Source of the DNA: the human T2T-CHM13v2.0 reference genome, Homo sapiens
Strand: one strand, 5' to 3'
Length of the DNA: 64,000 bases
Assembly (NCBI RefSeq): GCF_009914755.1
Contig: NC_060927.1
Numbering within the stretch: position 1 is the stretch's first letter; each line of letters begins with the position of its first letter. Made by a program: the position numbers and the translations under genes. The notes beneath the pieces were generated by a model. The model worked only from the letters and a program-made list of their open reading frames with translations, did not search any database and was not told the DNA's origin. Positions 1 through 13,566 of this stretch are shown here, one piece after another.

Positions 1-3000
1 GTCTACCATTGATGGACATTTAGGTTGATACTGTGTTTTTGCTCTTGTGAATAGTGCTGCGGTGAACTTACGTGTGTATGTGTCTTTCTGATGGAACGAT
101 TTACATTTTTTTGGGTATATACCTAGTAATGGGATTGCTGGGTTGAATGATATTTCTGTTTTTATATCTTTAAGGGATCACCATCATCTTCCATAGTGGT
201 TAAACTAATTTACACTTCCACCAACAGTGTATAAGCGTTCTCTTTTCTCTGCAACCTTGCCAGCATCTGTTATATTTTGACTTTTAAATAATAGCCATTC
301 TGACCAATGTGAGATGGTATTTCATTGTGGTTTTGATTTGTGTTTCTCTTAAGATCAATGATGTTGAGCATTTTTTTATATGATTGTTGGCTGCCTGTAT
401 GCCTTCTTTTGAAAAGTGTCTGTTCATATCTTTTGCCCAGTTTTTAGTGGGGTGGTTTGTTTTTTTCTTGTAACTTTTAAGTTCTTTATAGATGCTGGAT
501 ACTAGTCTTTTGTCAGATGCATAGTTTGCAAAAGTTTTCTTCCATTCTATATGTTGTTCACTCTGTTGATAGTTTCATTTGCTGTAAAGAAACTCTTTAA
601 TTAGATCCCATTTGTTGACTTGCTTTTGTTGCAGTTGCTTTTGGTGTCTTTGTCGTGAAATCTTTGTCTGTTTCCATGTCCAGAATGGCATTGCTGGGGT
701 TGTCTTCCAGAGTTTTTTATAGTTTTGGGCTTTACACTTAAGTCTTTAATCCATCTTGAGTTAATTCTGTATATAATACAAGGAAGGGGTCCAGTTGCAA
801 TCTTCTGCATGTGGCTAGCCAGTTATCCCAGCACCGTTTATTGAATAGGGAGTCCTTTCCTTATTGCTTGTTTTTGTCAGTTTTGTTGAAGATCAGATAG
901 TTACAGGTGTGCAGCCTTATTTCTGGGTTCTCTATTCTCTTCCATTGGTCTATGTATCTGTTTTTGTACCAGTGCCATACTGTTTTGGTTACTGTAGCCC
1001 TGTAGTATAGTTTGAAGTTGGGTAGTGTGATGCTTCTAGGTGTGTTCTTTTTCCTTGGGATTGCCTTAGCTATTCAGGCTCTTTTTTGGTTCCATATGAA
1101 TTTTAAAATAGTTTTTCCTAGTTCTGTGAAGAATGTCATTTGGTAGTTTAATAGGAATAGTGTTGAATCTATAAATTGCTTTGGGCAGTATAGCCATTTT
1201 AATGATACTGATTCTTCCTTCCATGAGCATGGAATGTTTTTCCATTTGTTTGTGTCATCTCTAATTTCTTTGAGCAGTGTTGTATATTTTTTCTATAGAT
1301 TTTTCACCTCCCTGGTTAGCTATATTCCTGGGTATTTTATTCTTTTTGTGACATTTGTGAATGGGATTGCATTCCTGATTTGGCTCTCAGCTTGACTGTT
1401 CATGGTGTATAGCAGTGCTGTGACTTTTGTACATTGATTTTATATCCTGAGACTTTGCTGAAGTTGTTTATCAGCTTAAGGAGCTTTTGGGCTGAAACTA
1501 TGGGGTTTTCTAGATAGAGGATCATGTCGTCTACAAACAGGAATAGTTTGACTTCCTCTCTTCCTATTTGGATGCCCTTTATTTCTTTATTTTGCCTGAT
1601 TGCTCTGGCCAGGACTTCTAAAACTATGTTGAATAGGAGTGGTGAGAGAGGGCATCCTTCTCTTCTGCTGGTTTTCAAGGGTTTCCAGCTTTTGCCCATT
1701 CAGTATGATATTGGCTTTGGGTTTGTCATAGATGGCTCTTACTATTTTGAGGTGCGTTTCTTCAGTACCTAGTTTATTGAGAGTTTTTAACATGGAAGGG
1801 TGTTGAATTTTATCAAAAGCCTTTTCTGTATCTATTGAGATAATCATGTGGTTTTTGGCTTTAGTTCTGTTTATGTGATGAATCACATTTATTGATTTGT
1901 GTCTGTCGAGCCAACCTTGCATCCTAGGGATGAAGCCTACTTGACTGTGGTGGATAAGCTTTTTGATGTGCTGCTGGATTTGATTTGCCATTATTTTGTT
2001 GAGGATTTCTGCATCAATGTTCATCAATGATATTGGCCTGAAGTTCTCTTTTTTTGTTGTGTCTCTGCCAGGTTTTGGTATCAGGTTGATGCACAACCCA
2101 TAGAATGGGTTAGAGAGGAGTCCCTCTTCCTCAATTTTTTGGAATAGTTTTAGCAGGAATGGTACCAGCTCTTCTTTCTACATCTGGTAGAATTCAGCTG
2201 TGAATCCATCTGACCCTGGGCTTTTTTTGGTTGGTAAGCTATTTATTACTGATTCAATTTCAGAACTTGTTATTGGTCTGTTCAGGGGTTCAGTTTCTTC
2301 CTGGTTCAGTCTTCGGATGGTGTATGTGTCCACGAATTTATCCATTTCTTCTAGATTTTCTAGTTTATGTACATAGAGGTGTTTATAGTATTCTCTGACG
2401 TTTGTTTGTATTTCTGTGGGGTTAGGGGTGATATCTTCCTTATCATTTCTGATTGTGTCTATTTGAGTCTCCTCTCTTCTTTATTAGTCTAGCTGGTGGT
2501 CTGTTTTAATTTTTTCAAAAAATCAGCTTCTAGATTTGTTGATCTTTTTAATGTTTTTTCATGTCTCAGTCTCCTTCAACTTAGCTCTGATTTTGGTTAT
2601 TTCTCATCTTCTGCTATGTATGTCACTGCATGTGAGATGGGTCTCTTGAAGACAGCATACCAATGGGTCTTGATTCTTTATCCAGCTTGCCATTCTGTGC
2701 CTTTTAATTGGGGCATTTAGCTCATTTGCATTCAAGGTTAGTATTGATATGTAGGGATTTGATTCTCTCATGATGATGTTAGCTGGTTATTTTGCAGTTT
2801 TTTGTGTGGTTGCTTTATAGTATCACTGGTCTGTGTACTTTAGTCTGTTTTTGTAGTGGCTGTTAATGCTCTTTGCTTTCCATATGTGGTGCTTCCTTCA
2901 GAGCTTAGTTTGGCCAGATAATGAAATTCTGGGTTGAAATTTCTTTTCTTTAAGAATGTTGAATATGCCTTCAATCTGTTCTGGCTTGTAGGGTTTCTGC

Positions 3001-5549
3001 CAAGAGGTCTACCATTAGTCTGATATTCCCTTTATAGGTGACCTGATCTTTCTCTCTGGCTGCCGTTAACATTTTTTTCCTTAGTTTCAACCTTGGAGAA
3101 TTTGATGATTATGTGTCCTGGGAATGATCTTGTGAAGTATCTTACTGGGGTTCTCTGCATTTCCTGAATTTGAATTTTGGCCTCTCTAGCTAGGTTGGGA
3201 AAGTTCTTATGGATGATATCCTGAAATATGTTTTCCAGATTGGTTCCATTCTCCCCATCTCTTTCAGGGACACCAATGAGTTGTAGATGTGGCATCTTTA
3301 CATAATCCCATATATCTTGGGGGTTTTATTCATTCCTTTTCATTCTTTTTTTCTCTATTCTTGCCTGTCTTATTTCAGAGAGCCAGTCTTCAAGCTCTGA
3401 GATTCTTTCCTCTGCTTGGTCTATTTTGCTATTAATACTTGTGATTGCATTATAAAATTCTTGTAGCATGTTTTTCAGCTCTATCAGGTTGGTCATATTC
3501 CTTTCTATACTGTCTATTTTGTCAGTCAGTGACTGTCTTATTTCAGAAAGCCAGTCTTCAGGCTCTGAGATTTCTTTCCCCTGCTTGGTCTGTTTTGCTA
3601 TTATTACTTGTGATTTCATTATGAAATTCTTGTAGTGTGCTTTTCAGCTCTATCAGGTTGCTTACATTCTTCTCTATACTGCCGATTTTGTCTGTCAGTT
3701 CCTGCATTGTTTTATCATGATTCTTAGCTTCCTTGGACTGGGTTTCAGTATACTCCTGTAGCTCAGTGTTCTTTGTTCCTATCCATGCTCTGAATTATAT
3801 TTCTGTCATTTCAGCCATCTTAGCCCAGTTCTGAACCCTTACTGGAGAAGTGATATGGTTGTTTGGAGGAAGGAAGATACTCTGGCTTTTTGAGTTCTTG
3901 GAGTTCTTGCACTATTTCTTTCTCATCTTTGTGGGCTTACATTCCTTCAATCTTTGAAGTTGCTGACCCTTGGATGAGGTTTTTTTTTTTCCTTTTACCA
4001 TATTTGATGACCTTGAGAGTTTTATTGTAGTATAAGGTGGATTCAGCCAACTGGCTTTGTTTCTGGAAGATTTTCGGTGGCCATTGCTCAGCCCCCAACT
4101 CCTAGACTGTGTGCTCTAACTCTGGGGGGCTCGTATTGGGCCCCAACTTTTTTCTCTGGCTCCTTGAAGTTAGGAATCCACTGCATTGGGGGGTCAGAGT
4201 GCTCCCAGACCACTAGTCACTACACCACGATGGGTGGTGGCAGCCAAAGCATTTCATAGTGTGGTGACAGTGGGATTCATCCTTGTTTACATGTGCCAGC
4301 AGCAGTGGTAGCAGCAGTGCAGTGGGGGACACACTTGTCAGCTATGCCAGGGTGCTGGTGGGTGCCAGGGTGCCTGCCTCCCTGAGAGCATTCACCACAG
4401 TGGAGGAGGCAACACAGCTGGGAGGTGAGCGGGGACCCCTGCTGGCGACTGTGCACAGTGGCACTGGTGGTGGTGTTGGCTTGGGGGCAGGGCGCTGGCA
4501 GTTGCAGGTCTGTGTGCCTTCTCTGTGTACTGCAAACAGGAGTGGTTGCTCCATGCAGGGGAGGATCTGTTATTCTCTGTGCCTAGTTTCACTCCTGCGG
4601 CAGTGTTGGTGCAAGGAAGGGGCACTGGTGGAGGCAGGGCTGGCTGGTTTGGTGCCCACCAAGGTTCTGTCTGCAGTGGTGGTCAGTGGGGACATGGGAA
4701 ATGAACTGCACTCCCGCCACAGCAGTGTCAAGGTGGATACATGTACACTTGCCTGCTGGTGGGGCAAGAAAAGCAAAACCTGCCGGCATAGGCACATGCC
4801 AGCAAAGCCATGTGGGGAGTTGCTATGGGCCTAGGGAAGCTGCAGTATGGGGACTGAATGTACAGGCTGGTGCATAGCCATGGGGGCCACTCTGCTGGAG
4901 CTCTCTGCTGGTCAGGCATAGTCTGCCAGCACAGAAGCTATGATGCAGTCCCCCAGGCCACCCAAGGCTGCCCTGTAAGCATGTGTGGCCAGGCTGGGGC
5001 CCTGGGAGAGGCCAGCAGGCCAAGGGGTGGTCAGATGAGACCGGCCCCATATGATGGACAAGACTACCCTGCAGAGTTCGGGTCCAACAGTTGCCTTAGA
5101 GCTAAAGTCTCCTATGGGTGCCAGTTAAGCCTAAGGGGATGGCTATCCCTGGCCATGCCCCACCACAGATACTCTCACACCAAACCCTCTGGGCTCCATA
5201 TCAGCTGGCTTGCTGCCCCTATCACTTCTCTAAGTGGCTCACCCTGTCAACTTGAGTGTTCATGGTGGGCGAGAGGTTCCAGAGGCCCGTGGCAAGAGTG
5301 GGTTGCTCCTTGCTAGTTCAGCTCACTTGTTTTTCCAGAGCTGTTTGGGCCAGGAATGAGTCCAGGTGCGTAGTCGCCTCATGTATGGTTCCCAGCTTCC
5401 TCCCCCTTCAGCCCAGCTTCTGTGTCTTCCCTCCATCCACTCTTCAGTGACCCCCTCTGAAGATCTGTTAGGAGCACACCAGTTGTCTCAGTCCCTCATT
5501 GGCAGCTTTTCCTCCTGGCTGTGTCTAGTCAGCCATCTTGCCCTCCCCC
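1..5549 (-). mobile_element. Old primate LINE-1 (L1PA13-16/L1PREC-like), 5' end intact, degenerate ORF1/ORF2; continues off the left edge
   Basis: Minus-strand ORF fragments match L1 ORF2 RT ([30 protein letters not shown]) and ORF1 (LIGVPERDGENGTNLENIFQDII). A GC-richer 5'UTR spans ~4000-5549 and starts GGGGAGGGCAAGATGGCTGACTAG on the minus strand. Subfamily is approximate. Confidence 0.9.
5532..5540 (-). promoter_or_regulatory. YY1-type motif (CAAGATGGC) at the L1 5' terminus
   Basis: gccatcttg on + lies ~10 nt from the L1 5' end, the canonical position of the L1 YY1 site. Activity is unknown. Confidence 0.6.
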
Positions 5550-5758
5550 TGGTTTTTTTCTCCCCGGTTCTTTGTCTTCAATTTTTAAAAACCCTGGTCA
5601 AAGAACTCTTTAGGCTAAGTTTGAGAACTCCGTAGTCAGCTTCCATGCTGTTAGCAGATCTTATGAAATCATTTAAAGTTTTTATAATTCTGCAGGTGGG
5701 TCTTGTCTAACATGTGATAGAGGGCCAAAAGGCCACACTACTGAAAGCTTAAGGAGGG

Positions 5759-5767
5759 GTGTGTGTG

Positions 5768-5808
<41 letters not shown>
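5759..5808. repeat. (TG)n microsatellite
   Basis: About 25 GT units with one gc interruption. Confidence 0.95.
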
Positions 5809-5810
<2 letters not shown>

Positions 5811-6554
5811 TGTTTTGAGGGTTGCCTTTTCTCTTGGTTGTGGTATGTTAGGAGTAATGGCTGTTACATACTGATGTGCTTGATGTGCTTTGTCTTTACG
5901 GGTTATAGCAGTGTAGACATGAGTCTCCTTTTGGGATAATCTGTTTCCCTTTTTTCTTCTGTCTTTGCTAAAAGCTATTGCTCATTTCTGCTGAGCATTG
6001 CAGTTACCCCTTCTACCTACCATACTTTCTAATTTTGGATCTTCTGGTGGATTGTGGGCTAGGAAATACGAATAGTTAAGACTCTTCAACTTGTTTTAAT
6101 CAAACAGATGAGTCCTCATGATCTTTATCAAAGCAAAGTAGGTGGGCTTAGGGTCAGCCTCTTTTCTTTTCTTTTTTAAAATGTTCTTTTCTTGCTAATA
6201 AAAGCAGTAGCCATTGGAGAAAATTTAGAAAAGACAAACTATGAAGCAAAACATAATCATAATACCTTGAATCAGAGTTAATCTGTATTAACATTTGGTG
6301 TATTTCCTTTAAGCTATGTAAGTAGACTTCAGTAAAAATCCTTCACAAAATTGGGATTTTAGTATAGTATACTTTTTATATCCATATGTCTTTTAAATGG
6401 TAAGCATTTTTCATGTTAACTATTTTAATACAGCTTAATGTTTGCATATTTTATTATGTACATTCATTCATTATATTCATTCACAGTTTATTTATAAACA
6501 TACAGATTTTTTCCAATTTGTCCAGTTTTTATAAAAGAACAAATCCCCATTGAC

Positions 6555-6857
6555 TTTTTTTTTTTTTTTTTTTTTGAGACTGAGTCTCACTCTGTTGCCC
6601 AGGCTGGAGTGCAGTGGTGCCATCTCAGCTCAGTGCAACCTCCACCTCCTGGGTTCAAGCGATTCTTGTGCCACAGCCTCCTGAGTGGCTGGGATTACAG
6701 GCACCTGCCACCAGGTCTAACTAATTTTTGTATTTTTGGTAGAGATGAGGTTTTGTCGTGTTGGCCAGGCTGGTCTCAAACTCCTGAACTCAAGTGATCC
6801 GCCTGCCTTGGCCTCCCAAAGTGCTGTGACTACAGGTGTGAGCCACCGCACCCGGCC
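6555..6857 (-). mobile_element. Alu (AluS-type)
   Basis: Poly-T followed by a full antisense Alu dimer ending cccggcc. Confidence 0.92.
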
Positions 6858-6888
6858 CCAACAAATTCTTAACATCTACATTTATTTT

Positions 6889-7022
6889 CTTCTTTTCCTT
6901 TTTTGTAGAGAAAGGGTCTCACCATGTTGCCCAGGCTGGTCTTAAACTCCTGGGCTCAAGCCATCCTCCTGCCTCTGCCTCCTAAAGTGCTGAGATTACA
7001 GGTGTGAGCCACTCTACCTGGC
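6889..7022 (-). mobile_element. Free left Alu monomer (FLAM-like) with 14-bp TSD
   Basis: Single monomer flanked by TCTACATTTATTTT at 6875-6888 and 7023-7036. Confidence 0.8.
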
Positions 7023-7084
7023 TCTACATTTATTTTTTTTACATGGATTTCTAAAAGTAGTGTTTACCAAGTCAAGGTTAAGAA

Positions 7085-7483
<399 letters not shown>

Positions 7484-8520
7484 TGATTCCAGATAACTTA
7501 CCCGCACAAGTTTCGTTTTATAAGATCTTTGCTAATTTGATAGATATAAAATGCCATTGGATGTTTTCCTCTGATTGCTAGTGAAATTAAGCCTTTTTTC
7601 ATGTTTATTGGACATTTATATTTTTGTGGGAATCATTCTTGTCCTTGAGTTATTTTTCTGTTGAGAGCTTAATACTTTTTACAAATTTGTAAGTCTTTTG
7701 TGTACTAAAAGTTAAAAGCCCTTTGATTTTTTTGTAAATATTTTTCTCAATTTATTTACCTTTTAATTTTGTTAATTGGATTTTTTAAAAATAGAAGTTT
7801 TACATGGTTAAATTTATCATTTTAAAATTACTTTTTCATTAGTTTTAAGCTCAGAAAATTTCCTTTCATCCAGAAATTCAGTTACATCATTCACTTACAT
7901 CTTTTTTTAAAACTAGACTTTTCCATTTTATTGGCTGTATTTACCCATTCTTCCAGTTTGAACTTTAGAATGACTTTTTCAAGTTTCTTACAAAAATAAA
8001 TTCCACTATAATTTTTTATTGGAATTGCATTTAGTCCTCATTCTTATAAGTAGCTTATTTCTAGTACTTTAAAAAAATTTACTGTTGTAGATTGTGATTG
8101 TTTACTCCCTTGTGTTCCCTGTTTTCCCTCTCCCTCCCTACTTAGCAGTAGATGAAATTCTAGCTGGTTATTAAAAGAAATACTGCTGGATACTTGTGGA
8201 GGTGAAGGCTTGGCAGAAAATAGGTGTCACTGGTATCAAATCATTGAAAAGTGGGTTAGGATAACTTCCTTACCGTGGTTGGTGGAACTCGTTTCTCTGG
8301 AGTTGGGTGAATGGTAAAGCAGGCACAAACCTCCTTTTGTTTTCCTGTCTGACGTTACTATTCTGTACTTTATTGTAGAGAAATTATTCCTAAGGTCTTC
8401 TAGATTTTTTATGAAGTATTGTTGGTTTCCAGGACTCTCAACACTTTATATTTCTTATTTTCATGAGTTTTTTTGATGAAAAGGGTTGAGTAGGATAATC
8501 AGACAGAGAGACACAGTTTC

Positions 8521-8820
8521 GGCCGGGCGCGATGGCTCACGCCTGTAATCCCAGCACCTTGGGAGGCTGAGACAGGTGGATCACGAGGTCAGGAGTTCAA
8601 GACCAGCCTGGCCAAGATGGGGAAACCCTGTCTCTACTAAAAATATAAAAATTCGCCAGGTGTGGTGGCATGCGCCTGTAATCCCAGCTACTTGGGAGAC
8701 TGAGGCAGACAATTGTTTAAACTTGGGAGGCAGAGGTTGCAGTGAGCCAAGATTGCACCACTGCACTCCAGCCTGGGCGAGAGTGAGACTCCCATCTCAA
8801 AAAGAAAAAAAGAAAAAGAG
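8521..8820 (+). mobile_element. Alu (AluS-type), sense to CEP63
   Basis: GGCCGGGCGCG start, dimer structure, A-rich tail. Confidence 0.92.
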
Positions 8821-9062
8821 AGAGAGTCTTCATCTAAACCTAGAAATTCTAAAAACTAGCTGTTTGTTCACTATTTTTTGGCAGTGTAAAGAATTCTTAA
8901 ATAACTAGGTATTTGACTTCCTAAGAAGTGGGGTATCACCATATATATGCATTTGAGAACTTGAATTTACAAATAAATACAGAGATTATTTTCTATTTTT
9001 ATATCTCAGGGATGTTATTTCAATGCTAATAGTGAAAAATACTACCACCTTTCTGCTTTTAG

Positions 9063-9158
9063 GTTGGAATGTTGCATCAGCAGGTAGAAGAACATGAAAA
9101 AATCAAGCAAGAGATGACCATGGAATATAAGCAGGAGTTGAAGAAACTACATGAAGAA
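9063..9158 (+). CDS. CEP63: CEP63 coding exon 1 of window (96 nt, phase 0-0): [32 protein letters not shown]
   Basis: ttttag acceptor, GTGAG donor; translation joins the next exon in frame and matches CEP63 as I recall it. Confidence 0.95.
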
Positions 9159-9995
9159 GTGAGATTTTAGTTTTGTTAAATGTTGTGTGTGTAGTTCTCT
9201 CTCTTTCACCCTTGAGAACTTTGTTAATGAAAGCCAGTTTCTACTTTGTAAAGTGGGAAATACATACTCCATCAAAGATACAGGAGTGGGAATCCATTTC
9301 TCTGTTCTTTAATCCAGGTAAAGAGGTTTGCCTAACTGTAGGTTTGATACTACCTAGAAGAGATGCTAAAATATGTTTCTTGGTTGAGTACCTGAAAGAA
9401 ATAGAGCTGTTTTTGTGTAATACTGTGAAATACTTGATACCAAAAATTACATTTAATATTTTAATTTTTATCAGTTACTAGATTATAAATAATGGAGGAT
9501 CCAAAGATTTAAGAAACATTTTGGGATAAATAAGACAAGTAAGAAAATTCTGTCCATTAGCTCAATTTTATTCTTCAGATTTGGAAAAAACTGCTTTTAT
9601 TCTGATTTAATTGCAAAGTACTCTTCTCCTGCATCCTGAATATCAGTGCCCTGCAAGAGCATGGCTTGAGAATCACAGACCTAGAGGAAAGAAAAAGAGT
9701 TTTTATTTGCTGCTTTATTGTGGGGCTGGGTGGTAGGGTCTTTAAGTGCAGGGCTATTGTAATACAAAACTTTTGTTTAAAATTTTTTTTAAAATTTTTT
9801 CTTTGAATATATTTCTTTAGTAGTGTTTGTTTTACATATTTAATTTTTAGTTTCCTTTTGTGTTTTAGTTTGGAAATCTAACATGTTCTCAGTAGTACTG
9901 GTTAGCACTGCTCTTGTTTTCATAATACCAATTTGTCTCACCACTACTTCTTACAAATTCTTAAACTTTAAATATAGAAATAACTGTTTCTACAG

Positions 9996-10118
9996 TTATG
10001 CATACTGAAGAGAAGCTATGAAAAGCTTCAGAAAAAGCAAATGAGGGAATTCAGAGGAAATACCAAAAATCACAGGGAAGATCGGTCTGAAATTGAGAGG
10101 TTAACTGCAAAAATAGAG
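9996..10118 (+). CDS. CEP63: CEP63 coding exon 2 (123 nt, 0-0): [41 protein letters not shown]
   Basis: tttctacag acceptor, GTATGT donor, open frame. Confidence 0.95.
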
Positions 10119-10316
10119 GTATGTTCATAGTAATAATTTGTTCATAGTGATTGTCAGCCTTCACGTAGGAAAATGCGGTTTCTAATGGCACTATTTTCTG
10201 GAACCAATTTTCTACTATCTTAAGGACTGCCACTAAGCTATTTCAGAGGTGAGAGGGTGATCCACCATACATCCTATCATCATCTAGTTCCCTGGGTTAA
10301 CGGGGTTACTGGCCAT

Positions 10317-10530
10317 CAGTAATTCTCAACAGGGCAGTACCACCCTTAGGGAGCATTTGCAAATGTACGGAGACATATTTTTTTGGTTGTCAAAATGACT
10401 GAGCTTAATAAAACTGGCATTTAGGGGACAGGGACCAGGGATACTAAACATGCCTAAGAGTGTTCCACACAGGAAGGATTATTGTACCTTAAATGCCAGT
10501 AACTCTCCAATTGGGAAACATGACCACTAG
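10317..10530. mobile_element. MER20-like hAT DNA transposon remnant
   Basis: cagtaattctcaac... start, actggcatttag and ccagggatactaaaca internal motifs, ...ttgggaaac end, resembling MER20 from memory. Confidence 0.55.
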
Positions 10531-11199
10531 TTATAGGCAGTCCTCTATGGACATTGTTCTTGTCTTATATATCATTGTATCTCAAGCACCTAATAAAGTG
10601 GGGGCTTAGTAAATGTGGAAAGTACATGGCACTTTTCGTACAAAGTAATCTCTGTATCAGATTATTCTCAATTCCCATTTAGATGTAGTAAGGCATTCAC
10701 TTCCTTCTCTGCTGACTTTGTTTTTATTAAGACTGAATAACTCCATGATTATTGTATATATTGAGAACTTAAGGGGAGCTGGTGAGCTAATAGTACCAAG
10801 AGTAGATGAAGGAAGAGCACAAGGCTGTCATTCTCTTCGTCTGTCCTTGCCATTAGTTCTTCACTGGACATAAGAATTCCCAGGGTGCTTTTAGGCTCTC
10901 AGAAATGCTGATCCAGCAGTATGGCATAGGACCTAGGGATCTGCATTGTATCCAGCTCCCCTAGCTTATTCTGATTTGAGAAACATTGTTCAACATCTTT
11001 GTGTGATCACTTACAAGTTTGTACTCTGGGTGACCTGTCACCCACAAATGCCAGTATATTATTATTACTTAAAATTATAATTTCTGTGTTTAATATTCCT
11101 TTATATCTCAATATTTTTTTACATTTGAAGAGCTTAGAATCAGAAGACTGCAGCTACTGCTTCCCTTCCACCCTTTTCGGCAATACCTTTTCCCCCCAA

Positions 11200-13566
11200 A
11201 CCCTATATCCTTCTTGCTTCTCATTGCCACTTCCTGACTATTCTCTTTTCTTTCTACCTCAAAAACCCCATCTTTGATTTTCATGTTACCAGCCTATACT
11301 GCCAGCCAATGAACATAACAACCAAAATAGTCATCGTCTGACCTCTGGGTTATTTCCTTGGCTCATTGATTTCAGCACCCAGCTCACTGTCAATTCTCTC
11401 TGACATTACTCTTATCATAACTTTGAGGATCTTAGGATCTGGAGAGATGATGCTTATAATACTCTGACCTTACAGTTTCTTGGCTTTCTTTCCTCCATAG
11501 ATAGTTTGATTATCTTTGTGTCTCATCTACTTATTCCCACTGCCATTCCTTAGCTCTTGTCATTACCAATATATGCCACCCCTCTAGAATCTCATTTTCA
11601 AGCATTCAATTATCAGACTACCAATCCCTATCTTTTCAGCTAACTCTCTCTAGTCCTTTGACTCTCAGTAATCATTAACCATCCCTTAAAATGATTAAAT
11701 TCTGCCACCTTTTTACTGCTCCATTATCTACTTGGTGTTCTCACTTATCGGTCCTTAGCCAGCTTTTAAATTCTGTCATTACATTTTTTACTTTCCCCTT
11801 CATCTCCTGTGCTCCTCTCTTGCTTCCTCATATTTGCTTGGCAGAATCACAGTTCTGCTTAAGTCCACCTTTCTGCCCACTCTCTACCTGTCATGTATCG
11901 CTGAACGTGGCTAGAGAAAAACCTAATCATACTGTCTGTTCTCACTTTAAATTCATGGTCACTAACCTCAAATGGGTCCTAATGCTACCTGGAATCATAC
12001 TGTATTTCCTCTCATCTCCTACTTTCCACAATGAGTATTTCAGACTTCTGCTTTTCTCCTCAAACTCTCAACACCTTTCCCCACATCCTCACCTTTGGGT
12101 TATATCTTCCTTTCTGTTTATAGACTTCCAACTCTTGTGTCCACCCACCTATCTGCATCTGTGCCCATGTACCCTGCCTTCCTTCCTGGAGGAACTACGC
12201 ATGCCCTCCCCCTTTTCTACCCAAGGCATTACCTTAGCAGTTCACCTTCTCTTTTCTGCACCCTTAATTTTTTTTCTCTACTGGATATTTTTTACCAGCA
12301 TCCAAATTTCCCTCCTCTTAAATATCCTCTCTTGACCCGTCTCTTCCTCCTCTGCCCCATTTTATTTCTTCCATTTTATAACTAAAAAATTACTTCAGTC
12401 ATCTATACTTGTCTCCAGTTCCTCTTGTCTCATTGTTCTTGTACCCACTCAATAAGGCTTTTGTCCCCTCACACTGCAGAAGCTGTTCACATAGAGGTCA
12501 CCAGTGACTTCCACATTCCCAAAGCCTGTGGGCTGGTCCTTATCTTCCTCATCCTACCTACAGCTTTGTAGGAGAGCTGGTCTCTCCCAACTCCTTAACC
12601 ACTTTCTTGACTTGGCTTGAGAAAAACCACATTTCTCTCATTTTTTCCTTGTTCATCACTCCTCAGTCTCCATTATTCCTTAACCACCTAGGGTCATGTC
12701 ATTGGACCTTTCCTTTTTTTTTTTTTTTTTCCTATCTACGCTCACTCCCCTATTGATCCCATTGAATTTCATAGCTTTAACACTGTGTATATGCTGACAA
12801 TTCCTAAATTTATATATCTAGCCAAGACCTCGCCTCTTCATGACAGAATAACTTTCAACTGCCTGTTTCCTATCTCCACTATGATGTCTAAAATGTGTCA
12901 AACTTAACATGTCCAAGCTAAAGGTCCTGTCTTTCTCTTCCTCATCTCCCCAACACTGATTCATGTTTTAGTTGATAACAACTCAATTTGCTCAACCTAA
13001 AACCTCGGAGTCATCCTAGACTTCTCTTTTCTCAGCATGATAGCCAGAATGATTCTGCTGTAATGTAAGTCAAATTATATCACTTCCTATACAAAAACCT
13101 TCCAGCAGCTTCTCTTAAAAATCTGTTATCCTAATGGCCTACGTGGTCTCATTCCCAGTTATCTCTCTTACCTTGTCTTCTCCTACTTTCCCTTTCATTC
13201 ACTTTATTCCAGCCACACCAATTTCCTTTCTCACCCTTAAACACACCAGGATGCTCTTATTTCAAGGCTATTCTTTCCACCCAGAATATTGTAACTTCAC
13301 CCTCATCTCCCTAGGTGTTTACTTAAATGTTTTTCACTCAGTCTGGCCATCCCTTTTAAAAATTACAGCCCCAACTGTGAAGACTTCATGCTCTGTTTTC
13401 TCCAAAACGTGTATTACCATCTGCTATACCATACAAGAAATGTGTCATCTGTTGCCCCCAGTTGAGTAGGACTAGGGTTTTTGTTTGTTTTGTTAAGTAT
13501 TGTATCCCTGACTCCTAAAGCAGTACCTGGCATATATAGTAGAATGATTGAATGAATGAATGAATA
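11200..13566 (+). mobile_element. Ancient L2 LINE remnant
   Basis: Long C/T-rich degenerate stretch ending in the L2 3' signature gcagtacctggcatatatagtag...tgaatgaatgaatgaat. The 5' boundary is approximate. Confidence 0.7.

Noticed and set aside
4283-5316. 183-aa and 152-aa ORFs, possible novel gene or L1 ORF0
   Set aside because: They lie in the GC-richer L1 5'UTR with overlapping ORFs in many frames, and show no resemblance to ORF0 or any domain I recognise.
11691-12335. 214-aa ORF
   Set aside because: It lies within a pyrimidine-rich L2 remnant, with no splice or domain support.
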